From the NCBI GenBank assembly GCA_965112155.1, contig OZ218102.1: a stretch of 64,000 bases of DNA; one strand, given 5' to 3'. Under the pieces are notes generated by a model. The model was not told the origin of the DNA and did no database searches. It saw nothing but the letters and a program-made list of their open reading frames with translations. The stretch is from Podarcis liolepis. Taxonomy: Eukaryota. This document shows positions 41,835 to 54,644 of this stretch, piece after piece (the stretch's first letter is position 1; each line of letters opens with the position of its first letter). The position numbers were made by a program, and so were the translations under genes.

Positions 41835-42903
41835 CACAATGCTGAGCTGATGAGTCATTTAGCCAGTTTCTGCGTAATAAGTAACAATAACTAATCTGAG
41901 AGGAGCCCACTGACCATGGAGGTTATAAGGAGCAAGGAGTCACTAAAACATTCACGCCATACTGAGTTATTTCCTTCCAGCTTTGTTTTGTGTAGTACAT
42001 GTGTTTCCACACCCACATCACTGGACGATGGTGGCAGGAGTGAGGAAACAGCATAATAAGGTCAAAGTGTGCAGTAATTTGTAACTAAACTTTAAGAGAG
42101 AGGCAGCGGCTGCAGTTTCTCTCATTGGGTAATGAAGGTAATCACCAAGGGGTATGGCTCCACCTTGTGGTCAAAGGCAGGAAAGATTAACTGAGGGCTG
42201 GCTCTCCTGGAATCCACCACAGCTTGTTTTCCTGCCCACTTGGAAGCAATTCTTTGTCTGTTGGCTCCCCACTCTCCTCAGGACATTTTCCCCAGTTGGT
42301 ATGCTTCTTTGGACTGTAATAGCTTTGTTGCGTTGAATTCTATGATGGGTTTGATGGACGTAATTTCTGAGACAATGAGTTTCTTACCTTTGCCTCTGTT
42401 TGACTGTGGGTGTCTGCCATTTTAACAGCTGCCACCTTCTATGTTCTCATTTGTGTGTTATTCCCCTGAGTGCTGCCATCCTTTCCTCAGAGTCCTCCTT
42501 GTGAGTTTCTTCGTGAGCACCTTCCCTCTTGGAACAGCGGAATCTCCTTCCATTTTAAAAATGCCGACTTTTTTCTGTTTCCATTTCTTTGCTTTGTTGC
42601 AAGACTCTGCCTCAGCTTATCAGGACTTTGTGGTTATAATTCCACTCACCAGACATCTGTTTCTATTTCCCCTCAGTGTGTTCCTGTTTTTCACCGTTTT
42701 GGAGGCCCGCTTCTTAACTGTTTTGCGGTTGTTACTTATAGAAAATGTAATTGTGTGATTACGGTGACATTTCGAGCAATAGCTTTCTCAGCTTGACAAG
42801 AGCTGCCAGGAAGTCCTAATGTTCTCAAATTATAGATCTCCCTGTGTTAGGCTTGCATAGCTTAATCCACCAAGCAAAGTGCGCTCATCAGCTTTGTATT
42901 GTG
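41835..42903. other. Unclassified ~1.07-kb cassette bounded by 20-bp imperfect inverted repeats
   Basis: 41835-41854 cacaatgctgagctgatgag versus reverse complement of 42884-42903 cacaatacaaagctgatgag (17/20); begins where the hAT MITE breaks off. Confidence 0.65.
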
Positions 42904-43194
42904 GCCAGCCAGAAGCTGTTGCTTCTTCCTATTTTAAATGTAAGCACTATAGTATCCCAGGCAGGCAGCAAAATAGGGTGTTGATTAAGTCCCTGGTTGG
43001 CTGCCACATATGGCTGGTGGGCTTCATTTGACATGGTGGATCAAGAGTTGTACAGCCCTTCCCTGTGTCATTGCGTGTTGTGTTAATACGTCTATGTTCG
43101 CATCGCCTGGTGTTTTAGTTCACATTCCACTGCTGTGGGGCACTTGCAATAATTTTCTTCTCTTCTCTTTTCAATTGCAATTACCATTTTGCAG

Positions 43195-43369
43195 CCATCA
43201 AGGCCTGTTCCTGTGGCGAACTACCCTCACTCACCTGTTCCAGGAAACCCCACGCCACCTATGACTCCAGGGAGCAATATTCCTCCATACCTGTCCCCTA
43301 ATCAAGATGTCAAACCGCCATTCCCACCTGACATTAAACCAAATATCAATGCTTTACCACCACCTCCAA
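43195..43369 (+). CDS. ZMIZ1: ZMIZ1 coding exon (approx. exon 15)
   Basis: ttgcag|CCA...CCAA|gtaagt; [26 protein letters not shown]...ALPPPP; 175 nt. Confidence 0.97.
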
Positions 43370-44068
43370 GTAAGTAGCAAATGAAGCTTCCTCAAAGTTT
43401 TTCCCGTAACCCTGCTTTCTCCTTTCCACAAACTGCATGTCCCAGAAACTTTGCTCAATAAATACCAGCCTGTTTGCTGCCTTCTAGACAGAAATGTTGA
43501 TTGCCCGTTGATACATGGGGTGACCGGCAGCCTTACGAAAGGTTAACTAAATAGAAGAAAACATAAATGCTTCAGTTTTTGGCATACTTGTCTGGAAGCA
43601 ACTCTAATCAAAATCAGTAGAGCTTATTTCTGGATAAAAGTAGATAGAATCAGGCTGAAATTGTCATAATGGAGGAAGAGATCTGCAGTGTACAGCAATG
43701 GGAAATGGAGGGTGGATTCCCCCCTCCCACTTATATATTCCTTTATTTGCCTTATTTAAAGTCTCCTTGGGTGACACTGGGCCAGGTTCTCAAGTGCTCT
43801 CTCTCACTCTTGCTACTATAGGACAGCCACACTAGGCAGTTCCACAGTTGTGCCAGTGCAGGATCTCCCCTGACCCTGGGGGATCCCGTATTCAAGTAAC
43901 TGTAGGATCTTGGCTGTTTGGCTGCAAGGTGCAAGCCACTCTGCCAAGCGGCAATCCTGAAGGAATGTAACGTCCAAAGAGCCTCTTAAAACACTATTTT
44001 CATTTGTATTTTCGGGGTATTTGTTACCTAAGAGTTTGGCTGTTGCTGCATATTTACAAATCTCTATA

Positions 44069-44151
44069 CAGTGGTACCTCTAGTTGTGGACTTAATCCAT
44101 TTCGGGGTGCCGTTCCGTAACAAGAGCGGAATGCAACTAGAGATACCTCTG
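44069..44151. mobile_element. Miniature Tc1/mariner MITE (83 bp)
   Basis: TIR cagtggtacctctagttg / caactagagatacctctg, TA TSD. Confidence 0.85.
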
Positions 44152-44897
44152 TAGTCATATGGGCTGGAAAACTAGATTTATCATTTAACATGAAAGCAGA
44201 TGATCTTGGGGTTCTAAGCCAAAACCTGTGGGACTGTGATAAAATTCTCTGAGGCTCAGGGGCAACAGGCTGCTCATCCTCGGGGTCACTAGGACATTAC
44301 TTCCTCCTTCCCCATCCCTGTGCACAGTGAGCTCAAACCTGCAAACTTTTTTCGCTGCCCTATACAAAAGCAAGTTCTGTATCTCAAGGCAGGGAAGTGA
44401 CTCGAGAGCCCGCATGGTGTAATAGATTAGAACTACGGCTGGGGAAACCAGTGTGTCTCAGTGTTCACTGGGTGACTTTTGGCCAGTCATGGTGTCCCAG
44501 TCTAACCTTCCCCACAGGGTTGCTCTGGGCAGTGGAGCAGAGGGAATATAACAGGATTATTTTGAAGATGAAAGCGGGGGGGGCGGCAGGTTTGCAGTTA
44601 TTTGCAAAGGATGGGTAAAGTCAGATATAGTAGGTGCTCAAATAAATACAGAACTCCCAACTTCAGCATTGCGTTATAGGCGTGGTGAGAGGAGTCAAGA
44701 GGGGAAAGGCTGGTGCGGGTGAGCCCAGTCTCGCTGCATGCATATGAGTGGAAGGGTGATGCCAGAATAGGCCGTAAGATCAGCCCAGCAAAAGAACAGT
44801 GAGCCGTGTCATATTGTCCAGTATAAATATATGCGTTGTTATCGCACTGCAGATGCTAAAGGGAAAGTTCACGCTTTCTCTCCCTCTTCGATCCCAG

Positions 44898-45039
44898 CCA
44901 ACCATAACGATGAACTGCGCTTGACGTTCCCTGTGAGAGACGGGGTCGTATTAGAGCCCTTCCGGCTGGAACACAATTTGGCGGTCAGCAACCATGTCTT
45001 TCACCTACGGCCCACGGTGCATCAGACGCTAATGTGGAG
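44898..45039 (+). CDS. ZMIZ1: ZMIZ1 coding exon (approx. exon 16)
   Basis: cccag|CC...AG|gtaggt; [47 protein letters not shown], which has ZMIZ1 rather than ZMIZ2 residues; 142 nt. Confidence 0.98.
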
Positions 45040-47796
45040 GTAGGTTTGTGAAGTGGCGCGGGGCAGACCTTGAAGGCTTGAGAACAAAAGAGCAGGCGCG
45101 ATGCTCTCTTCCTTTGGTGGCTGGGGGGGGGGGGAGGCTGTAACCTATTTTGCCTTGGGAAGTAGGGTCACATTCTGACATCCAGACTGCATTAAATCAG
45201 TGGTTCGGAAGCATGTACACACTTCCTTCAGAAATCTAACAGACAACAATACAACCTTTAAGACAAGTCCTGACTCTGCCCCTTTGCTGAGAACAGGTGA
45301 AATAAGATTGGTGGAGATGTTTCCTAAAATTGAAGTATTTGGCTTCTAGCTGATTCTGCTATAGCAGCAGGATTTTATTATGACTTTATGCATCGTGCAA
45401 CTTTTCTCTTGGAAATAATTTATGCCAATATAAAATTGTGTTTAATTCTCTTGTGAGGACATAAAAAATTAAGAATTTAAGTTGACGGTGGTGGTTCATT
45501 CATCTATTGTTCAGAGAGAGAGCGCACACATCCATCTTCTTAGCTTGCACAAGTTATCCAGGCAGCACAGAACACCATGGAAACAATTTTATTGCTTTAA
45601 TCTTAATATTGCACATATATTAACAGCCACCATAGTAGCAGGCAGACCAGGAACCCAAGCGTTAGGGTTTTGAGTGTAGAGTAGCTCCATACTTTGTGGC
45701 AACCAGATTTGCTTTGGATACACACGAAGTATTAATGACATACATACCTTGGGGAAGGGGGACACCTCAAAGCCTTTTAACAAAATGGGAAAAAACACCA
45801 CCCCAGGATAATAGCCTAAAAATATAGCACAGCACCATTACACCAGTCTTATCAAAATTTGGCTCTCAAAAATAAAAAGTCTGGGAAAATAAGATGGTCT
45901 TAGCTTCCAGCACAAGCTGCAGCAGTGTTGCCTCGTAAGCCTCCATGGAGAGGCTGTTCCATAATTACACACCAGCTGTCATAGTGGCAAGAGATACAGT
46001 GACATGAAACCGTAACTGAGGCTGTCTTTATTATGTTTATTATTGTTTTGTTTGTTGTGCTTTATTTGGTCACTTTACCATGCACAGCAATACTCAAAGC
46101 AGCTCACAATGGCAAGACAAAAACAGTCCAGTAGATATAATTTATAAGTATGCCAAATACTGTTGAAGCGTTTAATAAATAACATGTATTTAATTCAGTT
46201 ATTTATAGCCAGCCCTTCACTCAAAGGTCCCATTCTAGCCACAACATTCCACCCATTGTATTTCCATAAACGTATCAAAAAACCAATACTTCCTGGCTCC
46301 CTACTTCAAGTTGGTTTTCTTATGTTTATACAAGCACCGTATGGCTGAGATCTGTTTGGAATTTGCTCTTGTGGAAAACCCCCAACCCAATACACCTTTG
46401 GCTCTCCAGCCCACCCTTTCAGGGGACTATGGATTTGTTATGCTTGCCAAGCATATGTTCTTTAGGGAGCCAAATGTATGATGGGGCCCACTGGCAATGT
46501 GTGCAGGACACACTGTCACCACTGTGTGGCAGCCAAGTGGGGAGGAGGACAACCCTTGATGGGCCAGAGCTGCAACTGGCTTTATAGCCACTGGCATGGA
46601 TCAAAAACCAACATTGATCGGTTGTGCTTCTGCACAAGTCACAGTAGGTGTTTGGCTCACAATCTCCTTCATCCCATCAGGTGTAACCAGGAGGACTTCA
46701 GAAACTTCTCCTTTCTGATTCTTTAAGTGCAGCTTATCATTTTGTTCAAATCAGGATTCCTGCTTTAAATCCTGGCTGGAGTCAACATCATTCATACCAG
46801 CTTCAGGCCATGGGTTATTAAGCTGGCTTGTTTCAGCACCGCAAGCCCCAGTTTGGTTGCAACAAGCTGCATTTAAGAGCAGCAGAAAGCAAAAGCTTCC
46901 AAAGGCCCCTGGATGTGCCAGAATTTGGGGATCACAGAGCTCTAGACTCTGCTGTCTTTGACTGCCATCTTTCAAATTCTTCAGCTCTTCTTTTCAGCTT
47001 TCAACACGTAATCCCGATTCTTTCTGGATGCTTCAGCACATTAGGAGAAAATGAAATCTCAGTTCATCTTTAACCTTCCTATGTTTTTCTTATCTGTTTC
47101 TAAAGCAGAGTGAGAATGCCATGAGCACTTATACCTTACGCAAACTCATGTTTAGTGGCATTTCAGGGCTGATTCACAATGTAGCTTTTTTAACCAGGCA
47201 GAAGATGTACCCAAGTTTAAAAGACAAAAACACATGTGGAGCAATCAAATGTGATTGGACCACACATGTTTAAATGCCTGTGTTTCTTCGCAATAAACAC
47301 TGAACTGGCAACCAGGAAAGGATTGCTGCTTGTGCTCGCTGCATGGTGTTTACTTTTGGGTCAATTATTTTCTGCTGGCCACCTTTCTAGTGTTGCTTTC
47401 TGGTGAACAGAAGGGAATGTGATTTAGGCAGGATGAGACTGTCTATTTACTCTTTGATTATGGTAACACATTTTACTTTCTCATTTCTAAATCCTAATTC
47501 TTGAGGACCTTCCTGACCGCACCTTTCCCCCTCTCTGCTGCTTAGAAGCCCACCTTTGCGTAAAGCACTTTGAGGTCAACCATATGAAAAGTCGTATTGA
47601 ACTGTAAAGTATCGATATTATTACTACTCTCAAAATATACAACACCACACTCTTCCTTATGTAAATAACCCGCCCATACAAGATGTGTATCATGTGCTTA
47701 TTTGTCAAATAATTTAAAAGAGTATCATGTTGCACAAAACAAAATTAAGGGGGCAGAAAAATGTATCCACGGCTTTCAGAAACAAGGGGAAATTGA

Positions 47797-48150
<354 letters not shown>

Positions 48151-48489
48151 TGATGCAGTCTTCCATCAGATCCCTAGTAGGAAACCCCTGGCCCTTCAGA
48201 TGTTGCTAAACTGCACTCTCATCATCCCTGTTCAATGGCCACATTTACTGGGGCTGGTGGGAGGTGGTGTTGGCGTCCATCTGTCTAGAGAGACAGTGGA
48301 ATGCATCTTTTGGGATGAATTTGAACCACTGCGCTTCCCCTAATGATCTTAACGGGTGGGAGGATTCCTAAAGGTAGGAGCTGTGTCTTTCTGTGTAGCT
48401 GCCTCTCCATCATGCAATATAGTACCCAAAGCCAGGATCTCTGATTTGTTTAATGGAAGATGTACCCCACACAGATGAATTAATTTTGA

Positions 48490-48621
<132 letters not shown>

Positions 48622-48785
48622 TAGAGTGATATCTTCTCTGCTTATGCTCACAGAATGAGCTACATGTAGGGCTGAAACTCAATTCTGTCTCGGGAATTTT
48701 ATACGGGGCGCAGAATTCATGCAGCAACGTTAAGATGGTGCCCCATATTTATTGTATTCTCACCCCCTTGCGCCATCTTTCTTGA

Positions 48786-49031
<246 letters not shown>

Positions 49032-49314
49032 TGACAGCATGCAGCAAACCCCAGCAAAATATGGAGAACTATCAAGCCCCTAATGGAGCACCATACATGG
49101 GTGGTGTGGGCTTCTCTTTCCTGGTCGATCACAAATTCAAAGTAATCCTCAGAACAGTATAAATTTAGCATGAACATGAATTCCAATGAGTCCTCTTTGT
49201 TCACCCCTTAGTGCGTTTGTTATTAATTCCCAAGGAATTTGAAATTTATTATTATTAGTAATCAATTTGAAAGTAGAGTTGTGTAGCTAATATCACTGAC
49301 GTCTTGTTTTACAG

Positions 49315-49382
49315 TGCTTTGATCTGGAATCCTACTTGCAGCTGAACTGTGAACGAGGGACGTGGAGGTGTCCTGTATGCAA
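49315..49382 (+). CDS. ZMIZ1: ZMIZ1 coding exon (approx. exon 20), SP-RING
   Basis: ttacag|TGC...AA|gtaagt; CFDLESYLQLNCERGTWRCPVC; 68 nt. Confidence 0.98.
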
Positions 49383-50337
49383 GTAAGTGTGGCTATTCAT
49401 TATAAGTTGCAGTGAGAATTTTTTAAAAAACCTTTTTTTTGCAACCACTGAGATTATATGTTTTAAGAGGAGGAAGAATGAGAGATGATTGAATAAGATG
49501 CATGAAAATGTAGAGAATAATAGGAGAGGCCATTTTAAAAATTCAGTATTTTTAATATGTATTTTCTTTTTCACGAGAGGTGACCCATTTGACATTTGAA
49601 GAGCAAATAGTTTGGAATGCATAAAGGCTTTTCCTTTGAAATCCTTGTGTGTGGGGAATGGCTCGAAATTATTGAGGACGCAAAATGTACAGTAGTGTTT
49701 AAAAGAAAACCAACCACTACTACACAAATTCTGCGTCTTTGCTCTAACTGGAAAAGAAAATGTAGGGTAAGGCTGAAAGTGTTTTAGGGCACTGTTTCAG
49801 CTCATACCATGAGATCAAAGAGCCCTGGCCAATGCCTGTGTGAACTGTGTGCCATTACACATTCTGCAGTACCCTTTATGATGTACAAGGGTTCCATAGA
49901 AGCATGCTGATAAGGAAAAGGTTCTCTGAAGATATTTTCAGCCTCTGTCTTAACCTAAAACTGTCCCTTTCTGCAAAATCTGAAGCTGCGATTTGATGGT
50001 TTTCTACAAGTCCAACATAAATTAGTAAGGCCCACTACCAGGAACGTTCAGTCTCCTCCTGCTTTGATTGGGAAAAGACCCCACTTGTCTCAGGCACCAA
50101 TCCCTCCTTGGAATTTCACAAGTGTGCACACTCTACAGACCTCAAGTGATGTTGTTTGAGAATTACTGATTAAACCCCTTCATAGTCCACACCAAAATGA
50201 ACTCCATGTAAATACAATCTAAATTCAGATTATGAGAATTAGAAAAAAATATTACTTGTAAATTCTTCAGGGCAGGGGACGGACTTTTAGAAATGTTCTA
50301 CAGAGCGTCATGAACACGTGTGTGCCCATGTTTGTAA

Positions 50338-50436
<99 letters not shown>

Positions 50437-50995
50437 TAAGTGTAATTTTACCATTGGAAAATGTGGAATCCCTTTGTTTTTGATGCTGTTCTACTCCAGA
50501 GGTTTTTTCTGGGCACTGATTTTAAGTGCAGAAATCCATTAAGCTTTAGGTCTTTGAGCTGTACATTGATAGCAAGGAGAAGAGAGACAACAAACTGAAA
50601 TAATAAATAGGCATTGGCCACTTCAAATCCAAAGCAGGTCTACCGTGGGTTATACTTGTGGCACATCTGCTGCCTGCTTGGCCCAGTAAAGCGACTTTGT
50701 ATTAACCTGCTGTTAACAACCTGACCCCATCAATGACAGTCCTAATAATAAGGGGCCAATGAGAGAAGTGGCGTGCAGAGGAAAGTATGTTTGTTCCGAG
50801 AAAAGCGTAGCTAGTTTTGCAAGGCTATACAAAGGAGCTTATGCTGCTGTGGATTTGTCTGAGTAAACAGACATGCTTGTTGGTTCAGAACCATCCAAGC
50901 AGAGCTTTTCAGATAATGGGTTTGTGGACCTAATTTAAGAATGGCAACTTCTACCGGGGTGTGTGTGTGTGTACAGTATCAAGGAGACACAGTAG

Positions 50996-51325
<330 letters not shown>

Positions 51326-53275
51326 TAACCATCTACTGCCCACCTCAGGAGCAGTTGTGAGCATATCTTCATCTTCCAGGCAGTTGATCTGAAACAGGTT
51401 GGTGAAGCATCCTATTGGCAGAACAGCAGGCAGTCCTTAAATTGAGTGGCAGGGATCACAGGTGTTCTGCTTATGGTTTGGAAGGGAGATTACACAGTGA
51501 AGAGGAAAATGGCTTGATATTGCTGTGGGGAGACGGGAGAGAGCTATTTGAGAACTTCCATGTGTCACAAAAGAAGTAAGCATCAGATGCAATTTTTAAA
51601 GGATTCTACAGTGGTGCAGGCGTGCAGAAGATGCTTATCTGCTGGTTTATGAAACACATACATACTAACCTGGTGCCCTTCAGGTGTTTCAAACTACAGC
51701 GCTCATCGTTCTTGACCATTGGTCATGCTGGTTGGGGCTGATCGGTGCTGTAGCCCAAAATGCCAGGAGGGCACCAGGTTGGTGACAGTTGATGTATATG
51801 CAGCAAAATAGATGGGATGAAACGGGAGCATGTTTTTATTTATTTTTCTTCCTTTTTTGTTGTCTGATTGTTCTAGATGATTTAAGGAAATGTGTGCCTT
51901 TACAATTCCAGTAATGATTTCTTGCATATTTAGTAAAAATCAATACAAATACTTTTTTTCAAAAAAAAAGCTTAGTGACAGGGTTTAAGCAAAATTGCCA
52001 TCCTTCCTTTCTACCTGCTGATCTTTGGTCCCCACGGAGAGGCATCATGGAGCAAGGTTTTGATCAACAAGTTTCACACGGGTGATTTAGACTTAATTAT
52101 TAACCTTCACATTTCGGCATACTGTGTTACAACTTGTAGAAAATTGTGATGTGTACCTAAGAGACATGTATCAAGAGCTTCCTGCTCTTAAATCAGTGCT
52201 GTGAAAGGTAGGGAGGTGGGGGCTGCTAAGCTCTGCAAGACATGCAACCTGATCATATGTATATTTCTTAGAAGCCAATCCCACTGCGTTCAGTGGGGTG
52301 CACCCCCGAGTCAGCATGCAAAGGATGGCAGCCTTAGCCGGTTTGCAGATTAGCAAAGTGAGAATTAGCAAGGCTCTGCTGTATTTACATGACAGATCAA
52401 AGCCTCCGCTTCCCCAAGAAATAGTCTTACGCAGCTAATGACTTCTGTTCCTCTGAGATTAAATTTCTCCTCAAATTGAGCTTGTGCCGGAAAGCAAATG
52501 ATGCAGATGCTTCAAGTCCCATCAAACTCTGTTTTGGCTTGACTGTTGTAAAGCTGCTGCTCTTCAGTTGACAAAACTGTATCCCCTCTGGGCAAGCTGC
52601 AAAGCTGCCCTATTATTTCAAAGCTCAACATGATCCTGTTCAGTGGCTTATGTGAAATAACTTAGCAGTTTTAGTTCTGTTCCTAGTTCACAGCATTTAA
52701 ACCACAAGGGCTGCCATTGCAGTTAAGAGATTTAACTGAGACGCTCAAGAAAAAAGACACAGACCTTTAGCATAGGTTTGAGGGACAGTTGGCCAGCTCA
52801 GGAGTAGTAACGGGGGGAGAGGAGATAAAGACACTGCTGAATATACCTCAGTGTGTGTTAAATGTGGGGTTTATGTTTTTGTCTGCATCTCTTTCTCCAT
52901 CCCATTTTTCCTTATATTTTCATTTTTATTAGATGGCCTGAGCAAGCAGCCTTTGAAACTTTTCTTTTTAACTGACACATGCTGGTTCCGCTTTTTGAAC
53001 ACAACGTATTCCACAGAAATCATTTGTTAGGCAAGCAGTCACATTACAAGTCAACGGTTTATTTATTATATATTTGCCTTATATAATGTCTCTCTCTGTG
53101 TGTGTGTGTGTATCAGAATACATATTAGACTATGAAGAGGCAGTAATGTTGTTAACTCCTATATAAAGAGCTCTTATCTCTTATTTTTGTACAACGATCA
53201 CATTGTGCGTTTGGGTAAAGGTGTGGATTTGAAGTACTCTTTTAAAGTAACTCTCCCTCTCTTTCTGCTGCCTAG

Positions 53276-53442
53276 GTAACAGTTACCAAGGTCACAGCAA
53301 TTTTGATTTTCCACACGGGAATCCTGGTGGAACTTCTATGAATGACTTCATGCATGGGCCTCCTCAGTTGTCACACCCTCCAGACATGCCCAGTAACATG
53401 GCAGCTCTTGACAAACCTCTCAGTCACCCCATGCAGGAGCCT
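53276..53442 (+). CDS. ZMIZ1: ZMIZ1 coding exon (approx. exon 23)
   Basis: gcctag|GT...CCT|gtaagt; [37 protein letters not shown]...HPMQEP; 167 nt. Confidence 0.97.
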
Positions 53443-53812
53443 GTAAGTAATATCATTTCTCAGTTTCTTCTTTGTGAAATAATGAATTCTTTTTTAAAAA
53501 TTATGCCCAGCCAAGTCTTCAAAGTAGCTGACAGCTATTAAAAGCAAAACTACTACACTAGCATAAAGAACAATGGCATAATTTTAAAACATGAAATGAT
53601 AAATCAGTCAGTAATAAATTAACCAATCACAGATTTCTGAAGAAACCTTGTTTCGAGAATCACCTGCACTTTAACTACATCTGCTACAAGGTAATATAAA
53701 AATAAGCTGTTTTCCCATAAGCATCTTTTCTACATAAATATCAGGCCTTCCTAAATTGGGGATTGTGAGTCACACCAAGGAGCCCTACGGTGCCTAGAAC
53801 AGGAGTGGGTAG

Positions 53813-54598
53813 TAGGCCTGTGTGATATATTGCCCAGGACCAGTATGAGGCGCAGACAGCGATGACGGTTTCACTCAGCTGTATATCGCTGGTGAAACCA
53901 CCAATGAATCCCTCTGCCTCCAGCGCCCGGCTGAGGGAGAAACAAGCTGCCGGCGCTGGAGACAGACTCAAGTGGCAGTGGTTTCCTCAGTGATATACCA
54001 CTGAGTGAAACCGTCACCGTGGTCTGCCCCTCATAACAACAGAGACTGAAACAAGCTGCCTGGGTGAGGGGCCAATATAGCTTGTTCCTCCCTCCACTTC
54101 TTTAAACTGCTTGGCTCAGCCACACAGTTTTACAGAGTCCCCAACCTGCTGGTGGCTTGTAGAAGCCGCTGCCAGCGGGCTCCATTCAAGTGCTCCTGCT
54201 TCCCAGCTGAGAGATCTCCAACCCAGTTCCTGCTTGCACAGGAGCTGGAGGGCTGCTTAGCTAGGGAGGTGCAGGGCTCCATGGCTGCGCTCCCCTCAAC
54301 AGGGAAGTTTAAAGGAGCACTGCCTGAAGGCAGCCAGGCAGAGCAGGGGCTCTGATGCGGAGGTGAGGTTCCTTTAAACTTCCCTGTCGAGGGAAGTGCA
54401 GTTTCCAGGTTGGGATCCCTCAGCTGGGAAGCCAGGGCTTTCCGCCCCCCCCCCCAGCTGAGCAGCAGGCGGGAGGCAGCTGCATTTTCCCCAGCCCACA
54501 AGACGCTCCTCAGTTCCCACCGTGAGAGCTGAGGCAGTTTCTCCCAGCGCCTCACCAGCCGGGGCCGATGCACCTTGTTTCAACATCGCCCAGTCCTA
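53813..54598 (+). mobile_element. Non-autonomous hAT element, copy A (orientation arbitrary)
   Basis: TIR taggcctgtgtgata / atcgcccagtccta; perfect TSD GTGGGTAG at 53805-53812 and 54599-54606; ~180-bp hairpin at 53844-54025. Confidence 0.9.
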
Positions 54599-54644
54599 GT
54601 GGGTAGATAGTTGCCCTACTGGTAAGTCTGTAGGTGATCTGCAC

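Noticed and set aside
41835-41873. CACAATG as a V(D)J recombination signal heptamer
   Set aside because: No ACAAAAACC-like nonamer at 12 or 23 bp spacing on either arm.
41847-41899. CTGATGAG as a hammerhead ribozyme core, or TGATGA...CTGA as a C/D box snoRNA
   Set aside because: No stem II followed by GAAA in either repeat arm; no terminal stem or recognisable guide sequence for a snoRNA.
42388-42465. Minus-strand 78-nt stretch bounded by cag| and |gtaaga, the same length as the missing exon (an inverted exon?)
   Set aside because: It contains an in-frame TAG, its translation (GNNTQMRT*KVAAVKMADTHSQTEAK) does not align with the missing peptide, and it has no polypyrimidine tract; probably coincidence.
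42793-42820. TTGACA as a bacterial -35 promoter element
   Set aside because: The best -10 candidate (CCTAAT) is poor and the context is vertebrate; expected by chance.
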